The notes: generated from the sequence alone by a model not told the origin. 64,000 bases of DNA from Salpingoeca rosetta (GCA_033442325.1 JAWQFM010000033.1:111217-175216); one strand, 5' to 3'; shown: positions 1-19,844, counted from the stretch's first letter. A program made the numbers and translations.

Positions 1-135
1 ACCACCTTGACGACCTAGCGTCGTTCTCGTTACGGTTCGTGCCGCGCAGCCAGACGAACCAGCTCCACTTCTCCCCTCCCTTTTCCAAGTCGTGGTTAAA
101 GCTGCAGTCCAACACCGCATTTCAGGTGAGGAGAC

Positions 136-213
<78 letters not shown>

Positions 214-1221
214 GGGGTAGACACGATGAACGAGGATGGATGGCTTGATGGAAAAACACGAGTTTCCACACAGTCATCACGTCAGTGGAGCAGTCATGTG
301 TGTGTGTGTGTGTGTGTCACGACCAATTTCTTTCCGCTGTCCCATTATTCAGCCTGCGTCATCAGTGTGATGTGTGCTTGCGTGTTACATGCATCACGAT
401 CCCAGTGCAAGCAAACCATCAGCAATGATGGGACGTGATTGCACACGATGCTGTATTGATGTCACTACAAGCGACTCTGTCGAAGTGCTTTCCGATGATG
501 TGCTGTGGTCGACCTGATCATCACCACACAAAACACACACATACACATGTACACACAAGACAATGAACACGTGCTGTTGTTCACCGCCAACTCACGCTCA
601 CCCCCCTCCTCCTCTTCTTCCTCCATCATCTGATGCGGATCTGTTCCTCGCTCAAACACGCACACGCCGCACCTGCAGACATTGTGCAACGTGGCCATGA
701 CATGTATCATCACCGCTTCGAAGCTAAAACACTCGTAGCTTCGTGCCCCTCCTTGGATCCTTGGTGTGTGCACAAGAGCGTCAAATCTTCTTCTTCAAGT
801 GCACACAGTCCTACACTCGACCAAACCAACGCTGGGAGCTGGCTCTTTCTGTTCTCCATAGGCCTGTGCTCGTTGATCACTGCCGCTGAAGATGAAGGCC
901 GTGCTTGCAGCCATGAGCTGGCTGCTGGTCTTCTCTTGCAGGATTTCCCACAATCGGCTTGGCGCTTTCCCGTTACCTTCCTACGACTTTGTGTTTCATT
1001 TCAACCCAACGTACATTTCCAGCCAGAGCCCTACAGCACTCCTGCACCAGTGCACCTTCAGTTCCCAGTGAACTTATGCCTTTATTGACTTCTTCTTGTT
1101 CCCACCTTTTCCAGCTCTGCTCCAACGCGGTAACAAGCAACTCGCCTCCCTGATCCAGTTCTGGTTAGCCATCATACTCCAACTCAGCCACCTGCTTGAA
1201 TGCGTAGCCATGCGAAACATA
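1..1221 (-). CDS. Possible 5' part of a spliced hypothetical gene, divergent from ATG13; structure unresolved
   Basis: Minus-strand open segments have plausible splice sites, e.g. GGELLVTALEQSWKRWEQEE...ALAGN|GTACGT near 1014, EGNGKAPSRLWEILQEK near 980-830 and GTDPHQMMEEEEEEG|GTGAG near 601. No family recognised. Bases 1-125 could instead be a plus-strand exon ending at CAG|GTGAG. Confidence 0.25.
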
Positions 1222-1260
1222 AAGCAACAACACACTGCATACGGCACTGATGCGACAGCG

Positions 1261-1295
<35 letters not shown>

Positions 1296-1956
1296 GAGTA
1301 ACAAACGCACCGTGCAGTCGTGCGATATGCAAGCCGACACCACAAATACAAATCAAAACAAACTGGCGAGTCCTTCCGATTTTGTTTACGACAACACAAA
1401 TAGTAGTGCACAGAAGCAGCGCAACAGAAGAAAACTGAACAAAAAGGCCAACCACCCAGCCAGCAGCTCTCGCTGACAAACGCTTGCTTGCTGAGTGATC
1501 AAGCGACGCTGTGCCGCTCACATCACAACATCACATCGTCGTTGTTGCGCGAGGAGCACCACACACGAACAGACACCGCCTGTTCGCCCTTGTTCACGCG
1601 TTAGTGATCGTGAAGCCTTGGTGAGTATAGCAACGCCAAAGGCGTTCTTTGTTCGTGGACAGTCGTCTTCTTCTTCTTCTTCTTCTTCGACAGAGAGAGA
1701 ACTGTGCTTGTTTGTCTCGTCGTCCACCACAATAATGCGACAATGTTATCGTTGTCGTTGTGTCGTGTTGGCCGTTTCTGTTTGTGAACACGTGTGTGTA
1801 TGCGTGTGTGTGTTGTGTCTGGATGAGTTCTTCTACGTTCTCTTGTCTACACGCGCGCGTACAAACATGTGTGTGTGTGTAGCCCAGTTCATTCATTTTT
1901 CCCTTGCTCATTCGCTGGATGGTTCTTCACACCTGACGCGTTCGTCCCGTGCCATC

Positions 1957-7142
<5,186 letters not shown>

Positions 7143-7149
7143 GTACGTG

Positions 7150-7252
<103 letters not shown>

Positions 7253-7253
7253 G

Positions 7254-7284
<31 letters not shown>

Positions 7285-7939
7285 CCGCGCACACACACAC
7301 ACACACGCAGCACACACACACACACACGCGCGCGCACACACACACACAGCACCAACCTCTTCTTCGCCATTTCCTTGCCCTTTTGCCCATCGTTCCTTCC
7401 TTCCACCCGCCTGCCCAATCTCTTGTTCTTCTCTTTCGCTTCCCAAGCGTGTTGATGGTTGTCACAGCCAACCTTCCCCCTCCCGCAACGGTTGTTGCTG
7501 TTGGTTGTGGTGGTTGTTGCTGGCCTACACTGTTGCTTCTGTCGACTGTCACTGCCTTCCTTGTCTCCCGCGTCTCCAGTTCATGTGTTACCCAATAATG
7601 CCTCTTTCGTTCTCTGGTTGTTGTCAACACTAGACACCACACAGTGTGTGGTGGACGTGTTGGGTGTGATTTTCAAATTTTCGGTTCCCCCCGTTTCTGT
7701 GTTATGGCCTTTGTCTTCTGGTCGTTCGCTTGTGTTCACGACTACGCCAACCACCACCACACGTGCAGCCAGAACCACCACCAACCAGCACATCCAACCA
7801 CCGCTACACTTGTTTGCCACACTGTTCTCCTCTCTCCCCCACAGGGTTTGGTGGGTGTCTCTCCTTTCGTTGGCGTATCAACACGTCCTATTTCCTGGAA
7901 TTCTCTCTCTCTCTCATTGTGTTGACGCTGCTGCTGCTG

Positions 7940-7982
<43 letters not shown>

Positions 7983-8352
7983 CGCACGCACATCTGTACA
8001 CGTCATCCAACCACAAGCACACTGCATTGAAACGTGCATTGCTTCTGTATCCATTGTCTTGCTCGTCGCTCACGAACGCTGTCATATCCACACACACACA
8101 TACACACATACACACCTCTGTGACTGTTGTTTTTCACGCTGCTCATTTTCTCCAACGTTCATTTTCTCGCTTGACCATATCTGCCATCGCTGCTCTCCCT
8201 GCTCTGCCCTTTACACATTCCCCGCATACCACACCGCATATCACCACCACATACGACACCGCTTTTCTCTTACCCTTTTGCCTTTCCTCTCCTTGTCCCT
8301 CCCCCCTCTCGTTTCCCATCCTCCCTTGTCTTCTGTTTCGTTCGTCGTCACA

Positions 8353-10277
8353 ATGCCTCCCTCCCCCCGCACCGTTGCTTCCGTCTCTCCCTCCCCCACC
8401 TTCTTCGTCTTCCCCTCGCCCTCCACCTCCCCTGCGCACCACCGCCCTGCTCTCCTGCCAACACCAACCACCTCCGCACCCTTCCAACCCCTGCCTGCAC
8501 CCATGCTGCCACGCATCCCCCTGCCCACGGCTCCCGTTACCGCGCCCCCGCCTGCCTCGGCCCGCCCACCGCTCTTCATCACGCCCCCGCCCTGGCCAAC
8601 TCCCGGGACCTCCATGGCCCCTCCCTTCCCTCCTCCGTCTCATCTCCATGCTGTCGCCACGCAACCGCACGTCGTGCAACCGTGCCCCCGATACCACCAC
8701 CACCACCACCACCACGGACCACACCACCGCGACCGCCCCCGCCGCCGCAACCGCAACCATCATCGTCGCCGTGCCTCTGGCAACAACAACACCACCACCA
8801 ACAACAACACCACAAACAACACCACCAACAACAACAACACTACCAACAACACCACCAACAACAACACCACCAACAACAACACCACAAACAACACCACCAA
8901 CAACAACAACACCACCAACAACACCACTAACGACGACAACAATGACACAACCACCACCACCACCACCACGACGACGAAAACAAAAACCACAAAAACCACA
9001 AAAACCACAAAAACCACAAAAACGACAACAACAACAACGACCAATGCGCCACCGTCCTCATCGTCTGCATCACCTCCTGTTGGCTCAACCACGCGCACCA
9101 CAATCGAAACGTTTGAAACGATTGAAACGACGACAACACCGCTACCTGTTCGTCTTCCTTCATCGACGCCATCATCGTCATCTCGATCGTCTGCGTCACT
9201 CGCTCTTCCCCAACCCTTCAACACCAACCCCAACGCCAACGCCAACACCAACACCAACACCAACACCAACGCTGCCGTTGTCGCCTGTGGGGAGCAGTGG
9301 CAGAGGGAGGACGATGCGCTCATCTCCGTGCCGGACAGCACGGAATATGTTGGTCTGAGCATTGACGACTCATTCAGGCGCGCACGCCTGTCCAAGCAGG
9401 CAGCTTCCTCGTCCTCGAATGCTTGCATGCAAGCATCAGCCAGGAAGAAGGACAGTGGCACAACGACTGCAGACGGCAAGGAGGAGGGCGGTGATGGGCG
9501 TGGCGACCGAAGTGCCTCTGAGGGCGATGAAGGGACCCAGCCAGCCTCACCACTCGAGCCGACAACCTCTGACGTGGCACTCGGGTTTTTGACGGAGGAG
9601 GAGCTGGTTGCGATGCGGGCAGAGAAGCAGCAGCGCGACGGCGAGGGCAGTGATGAGGAGGTGATGGGTGTGAAACAGGATGGAGAGGGGAAGGGTGATG
9701 ACGACCAGGGCACGAAGCGAGAGGCCGTTGGTGGCGATATCAGCCAGCCCACAGCTGTGGCAGACACGGTACCACCTCAGCAGCAGCCACCAGTGCCACA
9801 GCAGCAGGGGTACCCTTACTCTTACTCGTATTCATATCCACCACCGCCATTCCACCAGCCGCACCAACAGCACCAGCACCAGGTGCCATATCCTTTCCAG
9901 CCGTATGCCCCGGCCCAGCAACAGCCCCCAATGCACATGCACCCCCAGCAACAACCCCTGCCTCCACAGCACCACCACCAGCAGCACCAGCAGCAACAGC
10001 AGCAAAATGTGTACGGTACCCAGGCTGCCGCGACGCCGGAGCAGATTGAGTTCGGGGCGTTCCTGCAGCAGCACTTTCCCCACCTCCTGCACCCGAGCAC
10101 ACCGGAGCCGCAGTTCAAGGACATCTACTTCCGCTACTTTCTCCCGCACAAACAACAACAACAACAACAGCAGCAGCAGCAGCAGGGTGAGCAAGGACAA
10201 GGACTGGGACAGTCACCACAGGCTCATCAAAGTGCACCACCACCACCACCACAACAACAACAGCAACAACAACAACA

Positions 10278-10314
<37 letters not shown>

Positions 10315-10621
10315 TTGGCGTCTTCAGCGAAGCCAGTGCAGTCCTCTTCCCAAGATCGTGGTCAGCAGAACACCACCGCCGCCACCACCACCGCCCACGG
10401 CGATGGGGAGGTTGATGAGGATGGTGAGGAGGTGCCGATGTGGCTGCAGGTCCAGCGGTACCGCATGTCGCCGCCGCCACCAGAGGCGTACACGGACCAC
10501 GAGGCCAAGATGCGCTACATCCGCGGCTACCGGGACGGCCAGAGCGCCGAGGAGAGGGCGCACAGACGCAACCTGCTGCTTGAGAGCGTACGTCGAGCAA
10601 AGTTGTGAATGGGGAGGAGGC

Positions 10622-10690
<69 letters not shown>

Positions 10691-11626
10691 GCGTGTGCGT
10701 GTGTGTGTGTGCGTGTGCGTGTGCGTGTGCGTGTGCGTGTGTGTGTGGGGGGGGGGGTGAGGGGTGTTGGCAGGAATTAGATGCAGCTTGGAGGGGGCGC
10801 TGGTGGAGGAGGTGGTACAAAAGGCGGAAATCAGTGAGTGTGGGGTGTTGCGCTTGTGTGGTGCTTGCTCTGCATATGTCCTCACTGTGCTCTATTCAAT
10901 GACATCTTGTTTTGTTGCCACACCCCGATGTTGGTCGTCTTTGCCTTGTGGCTGCACAGATGCTGCACAAGCCGCTTCCAGATGAGCTGCAGCACCTGCG
11001 GGGCCGAGAGAGGCGCCAGGTACCTTTCACACGCACACACGCTCGTCTGTTTGCTCGCTGCTTTGTGTGTGTGTGTGTGGGGGGGGGGGTGTACGTGTGT
11101 GCATGGGTGTGTGTGTGTGTGTGTGTGTCTTCAGCCGTGCCATCTGTTTCTCACGTTGTTTTGTTTCGGTGTTCAAATGGATACAGGCCGTTTTCTTGCA
11201 GCATTTTTCGGAGCGCGAAGAACCGCTTCGCCAGCTTGTCATGGTGTGTATTTGTGTTAAGTGTGTGTGTGTGTGTGTGTGTGCGTGACTTTCCTGTTTC
11301 CTGTTTCCTGTTTCCCGTTTCCCGCTTCCCGTTCTATGTGATGTGTGATGTGTGATGCGCACCACTTGACTGCTCACGTCCCCGATGTTGCTGTTGGTTC
11401 GCTTTGGTGACAGCTGCTTGGCGGCGAAATGCCGGAAGAACTGCGAAAGGAACTTGAAGAGGAGCAGGAGCAGATGCGGCGGCAGATGCAGGAAGAGCAG
11501 CAACAGAACCAAGGCAGCGGCAACGACGATGCTGCTGGTGCTGGCGAAGATGGCAAGGAAGACAAGGAAGACAAGGAAGACAAGGAAGACGCCGACAATG
11601 AGGTTGTGGGTCAAGAGACAGAGTGA
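8353..11626 (+). CDS. Hypothetical low-complexity P/Q/T-rich protein with an acidic C-terminus
   Basis: A long exon 8353-10587 (MPPSPRTV...RRNLLLES|GTACGT) is followed by in-phase exons [20 protein letters not shown] (~10960-11019), [12 protein letters not shown] (~11202-11237) and [17 protein letters not shown]...GQETE* (to 11626). The start codon is uncertain. Confidence 0.65.
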
Positions 11627-11957
11627 GTGATGTGTGCGTGTGCCGTTTGACGACGAGTGCGTGCTGCTGCACTGCTGCTTGTTGCGCACGACTTGCTGGT
11701 GTTTGACTTTGAACCTCATATTCTTAAAATGGACCATTTCTGTCATTTCCGTATCCATAAACAAGTTACACATGAAATGAGGCTGTGAGGATGATGTCAC
11801 GACTGCTCCTTCTGCATTCGCGAATGCCCACGAAGACGAGCAGCCGACACGTGCATGAGGTGAGATGACGTTGGCAGCACAAATGTGGTGGTGGTGGTCG
11901 GTGCTTGGTGTTTGTTCTTTTGTCGCACACACATTGTTACAACACCCACAGTGTCAC

Positions 11958-12041
<84 letters not shown>

Positions 12042-12072
12042 CCAGCAAGAGGCTTGAGTGTGCACCTTGAAG

Positions 12073-13071
12073 ATGGCTGACCAACAGCACCAGCACGATG
12101 AGGACGTGACCATTGTGGACGTGGACTCTGTCGTGCCGAGCAGGCCGTCCGCGAGCAGCGTGACGACATACGAGGACTCGGCCGCCGGCACCAAGCGCAC
12201 GACGTTCTCCACCACACCAGAGGCTCGCCAAAGCAGCAACACGAGCGTGTCAAACCCGCAGCAGGAGCGGAAGGAGGCTGCTGCCAGGTACTTTGACGGC
12301 GATGAGGACCTCGTGTTCGACCCGCGCCTGCTGGAGGCTTCCACTGGCAGCATGCTCGGCGGTGCCAAGAACGAGCATGTCGTGGAGATGAACGGCGATG
12401 GCGGCAGCCATGGCCAGCCGTCGTTTGCCGACGTGGACAGCACGCGCCACCCAACTGTCCTGCAGTTTTCCGACGTCAAGTACGAAGTCGACGTCACTGT
12501 CAACAAGCAGAAGGTGTGTATTGGTTTGAGAGAGAGTGTGTGTGTGTGTGTGTGTGTGTGTTTATGTGGGGAAAGGTGGGGGGATATCATGTGTATTGGT
12601 TTGTGAGTGAGAGAGGGTGTGTGCGTGTGTGGAGGAAGCGGGGGATGTCGTTTGTATTGGTGCGTGCTTGTGTTTGTGCGCGCGAACGTGTTAATGTATG
12701 TTTATGGCGTACGCCTTGCATGTGAGCGCAATGCATGTGAACACATCAACGTCTTGTGTTTGCACACGTACTGTCCCACTTTGCGCTGGTGTGGAGTTGT
12801 CTCACGCCGCATTCTCCCCTCTCACGCCACAAACTAACGCTTTGTGTCGTGCACCCTCCAGACGGTCAAGCCCATCCTGAAAGGGCTGAGCGGGCAGGTG
12901 AAGCCTGGTCAAGTGCTCGCCATCATGGGCGCATCCGGCGCTGGTCAGTGCAGATGTGGGAGTGCACACGTACGAGACGCTGTGGTTCTGTGATTGGTTT
13001 TCCTCGAGTGTGTTTTGACTTGTGCAATTGAGAAGCGCCCTTGCTCCTGCTCTCTCACCTGCACATACTGA

Positions 13072-13161
<90 letters not shown>

Positions 13162-14879
13162 ACACACAGGCAAGACGACGCTGTTGAACATGCTGGCTGG
13201 TCGGCTGTCAGCGGCCGGGCACGGGCGCAGCAGCGGCTCCATCCTGGTCAACGGGCAGAAGCGAAACTTCAACACGTTCCGGCAGATCAGCGCGTATGTG
13301 TTGCAGCAGGACAGCTTCTTTGCCACGCTCACCGTCCGCGAGACCATCACCCTCTCGGCCATGCTGCGGTTGCCTGCAAGCATGACGCAGGAAGAGAAGC
13401 TGATGCGCGTGGACAGCGTGATTGCAGAGCTTGGGCTGGCTAAGTGTGCAGACACGTTTGTGGGCAATGAGCTGATTCGCGGCGTCTCTGGTGGCGAGAA
13501 GAAACGCGTCAACGTCGGCACAGAGCTCGTCACCAACCCTTCGTACGTCTGTACGCATGCGTACATGTTGGGGTGCTACGGCTGATGTCTGCGTGTGCAC
13601 GTGGGTGGGTGTTGTTGTGTGTGTGTGTGTGTGTGTCTGTGTCTGTGTCTTTTCATTGCCATGTGTGTGCTCACTCATTGTTGTGCGTGTGTGTGTGTGT
13701 GTGTGATCAGGTTGGTGTTCCTTGACGAACCAACGTCGGGCCTCGATTCATTCAATGCACAGAATGTCATGCAGACGCTGCTCACCCTCGCCAAGAGCAA
13801 CCGCACCATCATCGCCACCATCCACCAGGTACAGGCTTGTGCGTATGTGTGTGTGTGCATGTGTGTGCATGTGTTTGTGTTAATGTGTGTGTGTCTGTGT
13901 GATTCGTGCCTTGCTCTCGTTACTTCAACTCACCAACATCATCACCACCGCCCTCGCCACCATCGTCGCCACCAGCCGCGCTCGTCCATCTTCCAGATGT
14001 TTGACCTGCTGCTCCTTCTCTCGGAGGGCCACACCATGTACTTTGGGCCCGCAGCAGACGCCGTCAGTTGCCCCGTGTTTGTGTCTGTTTGAGTGTGTGT
14101 GTGTGTGTGTGTGTGTGCTGCTTGTGTGTTGTGTGTGTGTTGCTTGTGTGTTGTGTGTTGCTTGTTGTGTGTTGTTCTTCTTGTTTGCACACCAAGCATT
14201 GTCACGAATGCACCGCATTCCCTCGTTTCATGTCGCTCTCTTATCAGCATATCCCCCTCTCCTCTCCTCTCACCACCACCTCGACCTTGACGGCAGGTTG
14301 GCTACTTTGGCAGCATTGGGTATGGGTGCCCGGACGAGTTCAACCCTGCCGACTACTTCCTCGACCTCGTGTCGCTCGACCAGCGCAACCCGCGCGCCCT
14401 CGACGCCACAAGGAAGCGCATTTCTTTCCTCAGCGAGCGGTTTGAGGAGCACCAGCAGCGGCACCCGGTCGTCACAGACGTGTCTGACGTCATCTCCCAG
14501 CACGAGAAGGACTTGCTTGCAAGCAACAGCGGCGAGGGCAGCGGCCGTGCCCCGGCCAAGTACAACACGTCGTTTCTGCGGCAGTTTGTGCTGTTGTACC
14601 AGCGCTCGCTCAAGGCGATGGCACGGGAGAAGATTGACAACATTGCGCGGCTCGGGCAGACGGTTGTGTTTTCGATCATCCTTGGCATCATCTGGCTGAA
14701 CGAGGGCGGGAGTGGGGACTCGTCGTCGGTGCAGGCCATTGCCGGCGCCATGTTCTTCCTCCTCATCAACCAGTCGTTCAGCGGCATCTTCGGTGCGCAC
14801 GGCAGAAGCGGGGGCGGGGAAAGAGCTTTGGTGTGATGTTGTTGTGGGTTGTGGAGGAAGGGGGGTGGGTGTTATTGGT

Positions 14880-14935
<56 letters not shown>

Positions 14936-15484
14936 GCGTGTGTGTGTGTGAATGGGTGATGTTGTTGTGGGTTGTGGGTTGTGGAGTTGCGTGAAAGGGT
15001 GTTGTTGGTGAGTGTGCATGTGTCCGTGTGTGAATGGGTGTTGTTGGTGCATGTGTGTGTGCGTGTGTGCGTGTGTCAACCCATCAGCAGTCCCTTTATC
15101 AAACCTTCACTCTCATCTCACCACCTCCTCCACCACGTACCAACTTTCACCGCGGTCACCACGGCAGGCATTTTGTTCATCTTCCCTGTTGAGCGGGCGG
15201 TGGTGTTGAAGGAACGCGCGTCCCGTTCGTACCACGTCGGCGCGTACTTCTCCGCCAAGACCGTCGCAGAGATGCCACGCTCCTTCCTCCTCAACCTCCT
15301 CTTCTCCATCGTCACCTACTTTATGGTTGGCCTGCGTGGCGGCGCGGACCACTTCTTCCTGTATGTTCTCACCATCTTCCTCGTGTCCCAGACGGCGGAA
15401 GGCATTGCGCTCATCGTATCGGCCATTGCAGACGATCCGCAGCAGGCCGGCGCAATCTCCCCCATCTTCATGTCAGTGGCACAT

Positions 15485-15525
<41 letters not shown>

Positions 15526-15889
15526 GTGTGCATGTGCTTGTATGTGTGTGTTTATGTGTGTGTGTGTTTGCATACATGTGCTTGTATGTGTGAACTACTT
15601 GCGCAAATCACTGTGCTCGTGTGCGCGTTGCTGGTTTGGTTGGCTGCAAAATCATGAATCTCCCGTTCCCACTTGTTTGTCGTTCCTTACACATTTAACC
15701 CCACCATCCCTAACCCAATGCACCCGTGTTCTGTTGTGCCCCCCCCCCTTACTCTTCTCCTTCCCCCGCCCATCAGTGTGACGAGTATGCTGTTTGGCGG
15801 CTTCTTCATTGGCGTGGACCAGATCCCGGCCTGGCTCGCCTGGCTCAAGCACCTCAGCTTCCTCAAGTCAGTGCGCGCGTGTGTGGTGT

Positions 15890-15960
<71 letters not shown>

Positions 15961-16415
15961 TGTCACGCATGCGAGCACACCCCTGTGTTTGCTTTGACGT
16001 CATGTACGTCTGCACGAGTGCTGTGACCTCTACAGCAGCCCTGACCCCGGCCCCAAATCCCTGCCTACCCAAATCGCTGCTCACCCAAATCGCTCCTCAC
16101 GTCATCATTTCCCCCCCCCCCCTCTCTGTATTCTTCGTGCACAGGTACGGCTTTGCTGCGATTATGCAGAATGAGTTTGAGGGCCGCATGCTGGATGCAT
16201 CGTGCGCCACCACCGTCGCTGTCAACGGCACCGCGTCTGGCGCGGGCGATGACCTGTGCTTTGCCACGGGCGAGGAGGTTCTCGACTTTTACAACCTCTC
16301 CGAGCTGTCCCTTGGTGCCAATATGGGGGTGCTGCTTGGTCTCATTGTCGGCTTCCGTCTCATCTCCTACTGGATTCTCCGGCGCAACGGGCCCGTCTAC
16401 GACACGGCGCTCTGA
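12073..16415 (+). CDS. ABCG/White-family half ABC transporter (NBD-TMD), about 9 exons
   Basis: Walker A GASGA|GKTT, Q-loop AYVLQQD, signature VSGGEKKR, Walker B VFLDEPTSGLD, H-loop ATIHQ|PR, NPADYFLD, ERAVVLKERAS, and TM helices ending GFRLISYWIL. The junctions checked are GT-AG and in phase. Confidence 0.95.
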
Positions 16416-16680
16416 CCAGGCTGTGTGCGTTCCTGTGTGTGTGTGTGTGTGTGCGTGAATGTGTATGTGTGCGTGTATGTGTGTGTGTGTGCATGTGTCT
16501 GTCTGTGTATGTGTATGTTTGTGTGAAGGTGTGTGTGTGCGGTGGTGTTTCCCACATGCGCGCGAGAGACTGTGTTGAACACAACAAGTACAAATCAAGC
16601 TATTTCAACAACACAACACGACTCTCATGTTGTCTGAAGTTCAATGAGGATGCACGTTGTGCCGTGAGATGAGACGCTGC

Positions 16681-16719
<39 letters not shown>

Positions 16720-16730
16720 ACACACACACA

Positions 16731-16761
<31 letters not shown>

Positions 16762-17458
16762 CACACCACACACACACACACACACACACCAGCAAGTGCG
16801 CGCTGTCCCGACACCACAAAAGGCGAGTGCGCAAGAAAATAAAAAACAATACAACACCATTATTGCGCGATGCTGTTCATATCTTTCGTCAATAATCGGC
16901 AAAGAGGGGCGGGGTGTGTGTTTCTCTTTTCGCGTCGCTTGTTTTCCGCCAAACAGACAGACACCACCAACCAAGCAAGAAGCAAGCGACCAACAACACC
17001 ACCCACAACAAGCCAGCAACCAATCAAGCTGAGGTCTCCATTGCTCTCTTGCTCCGAAGACGTGAGACGAGTGTCTTGCTTGGCTGGTGTGTGTGTGCAG
17101 GCACGGTGGCGGTGCTTGAACACGCCGTGTTTATACGTTTGTTTGGCCATGACTTTGTTTGGCAGTGACGTGACTGTATGTTGGACTGAGACGCAGTGTT
17201 GCAAGACCTTGTGGCGAGTGTGACTGTGCGTGCATGTGTTCATTTTGTTGCCTGTAGTATGGTGTTGTTCGTTGCATGTCCTGCACCGCCGCCGCCGTCG
17301 TCCTTCTCATCCACGCATCCTTTGCTCGCTTGCTGTCTCAGATAGTCAGGGGTCGTCAACCATCGCAGGGAACAACCACGCCCTTTGCGCCACAACAACA
17401 AATACGACACAAGCACCACCACCACCACCAACCACACACACTCCCATAACACAACAGC

Positions 17459-17608
17459 ATGGCCGCACGCCCAAAGAAGAAGTTGTTTCGGCTCGGTCCG
17501 GACGCTGTCATTGAGGAGCGCACTGGCACCAGTGTCAAGGTGACGCCCACAAAGGCGCCACTGTTCCAGCCACACGTCCCCTCCTTCAACACTCGTCAGC
17601 AACAAGAA

Positions 17609-17643
<35 letters not shown>

Positions 17644-18536
17644 ACCGCAGGCTGAGCAGCAGGCGGCCGGTCAGCAAGAAGCGAACAACGCGGAAGCAAC
17701 CACCCCTAACGGCAGTGCGCCAACAGAAAGCACCACGCCCAACGGCGGCGTTGCCTCGCCGTTTGGACGCCATCAGGCGTCGAGGTGGAGCGGGAAGAAG
17801 CCGCCGCGCCAGTGGCCGCCAGCAGGCTCCGATGACGCCGGCGGCGGTGACAACGACAGCACTGCAGACAGGCAAGGTGGCGTCAGGGAGAAGGCGGCTG
17901 ACAGTGGGACGGCGAGCGAGGCGCCAAGCACGCTGCGAAGCGAAGACGGCCTGGACAAGGACGACGCAGACAACAACACACCAAGCAACAGTAACACCGC
18001 CAACAACAGTAATGACAACAACACCACCGGAAACAACAGCACAAACACCACCACTACCGCCGCCACCAACAACAACAGCGCCGCCGCCACGACAACAAGC
18101 GCCATCGCCGCGGGCAGCACTGCGAGCGCTGCGCAGCGACGGGCGTCCAGCAGCTCCACCGCAAACGCGATGACAACAACGCCGACAGCGGGGATGTCGC
18201 GAAGCAGCAGCGGACGGAGCGGCGATATTGGCAACGAGGAGTGGCGCCGGCGGTCGAGCCGGCGTGCAAAGTCCGATATGAGCTGGCGCAAGTCGACGGC
18301 TGATGAGCCGGAGGAGGGCATTGTGTCGACGCCACTGGCAGCGACGGGCGACGCGGGACACGGCGATGGCGGTAGTGAACCTGCCGCAACTACAACCGCC
18401 GCCACCACACAGGGCAGCGGCCAAGGTGGTGGTCACGTGAGCGGTAGCGGTGTTGGTGAGGTGACGCCCACGGCATCAACGACATCTGTCAACGCAGATG
18501 ACTCCTCCCCAGAGCCATCGCCAGCAAAGAAGGGTG

Positions 18537-18586
<50 letters not shown>

Positions 18587-18612
18587 GTGTCGTGTGTGTG
18601 TGTGTGTGTGTG

Positions 18613-18664
<52 letters not shown>

Positions 18665-19006
18665 GTGCTTGTAACACACAATGTGTTCTTGTTCTTCGCT
18701 CCGGGCATAAGAGAATTTCCATGATGTTGCATGCATGCAAACGGTCGTATCACGTCATCCCCATCCCTTGCTTTTGTCTTTCCCACACCGCCAACTTACA
18801 TGCATGCATGCATGCATGCAATTGTGCAGGAGCGCAAGCCCGAGGTGGTGGCTGAGATCAACCAGAACTGGGTGGTGGATGTTGAAGGGAAGCAGGACGC
18901 AGCACACATCCGCGTTGTCACACACGAGCGCACCTTCTTCTTCAAGAGCCCGTCCAAATCAGACGCCCTCGAATGGGTACGTGTGCTTTGTGTGCTTTGT
19001 GTGCTT

Positions 19007-19037
<31 letters not shown>

Positions 19038-19212
19038 GTGTGTGTGCGTGCGTGTGTGTGTGTGTGTGTGTGTGTGTTGCGTGTGTGTGTGTTGCGTGTG
19101 TGTGTGTATGTTTGCTGGTTGTGTGTTGTGTGTTGTGTGTTGTGTTGGTGTGTGGGGTGCAGGTCGTGTTTCCAAACATGTCACCCCAACTCATCCCACC
19201 ACCACCACCACC

Positions 19213-19266
<54 letters not shown>

Positions 19267-19809
19267 GGCAGGCGTCGTGTATCCGGCGAGCGCGGGAGAG
19301 TGGGGCTGCACGCAAGCGACAGGTGGTTGAGGTGCGGGTGCAGCGTGACGGCGACACGCCGTTTGGTTTCAGCATCGCTGGTGGTACCGATTCAGCGAAC
19401 AAAGACTTTACAGGCATCTTCGTCGCAAACGTCAAGCCCGACAGCATCGTCGCCGTGAGTTGCTGCTTGATTGTGGTGCCTGTGGGTGTGTGCGATGACG
19501 TGTTGGTGTGTGCGATAACGGGTGTGTGTGCATGTGCATACGTGCGTTTGCGTGTGTGTGCGTGTGCGCATGTCTCTGTGCATGTGTGTGTGTGTTGTGC
19601 TGATTCCCGTTTGTTGTGTGCACTTTGAACCGGCCCCTTGTTCGTCCACGTCGCGTACCCCGCCCTCCTCACACCACCGCCATTTCCTCCTTGTGCAGTC
19701 TGTGCTGTTCCGGTCAGACCAGTTGCTCACTGTTAATGGGCACACGCTCGACAACAAAACAAACGCAGAGGCAAACAAGCTCCTCTCAGAGGTGCGTGCT
19801 CTGTGTGTG

Positions 19810-19844
<35 letters not shown>

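Noticed and set aside
7459-8352. 5' part of the 1049-aa ORF
   Set aside because: It runs through a (CA)n tract and pyrimidine-rich UTR- or intron-like DNA. Coding more plausibly starts at ATG 8353.
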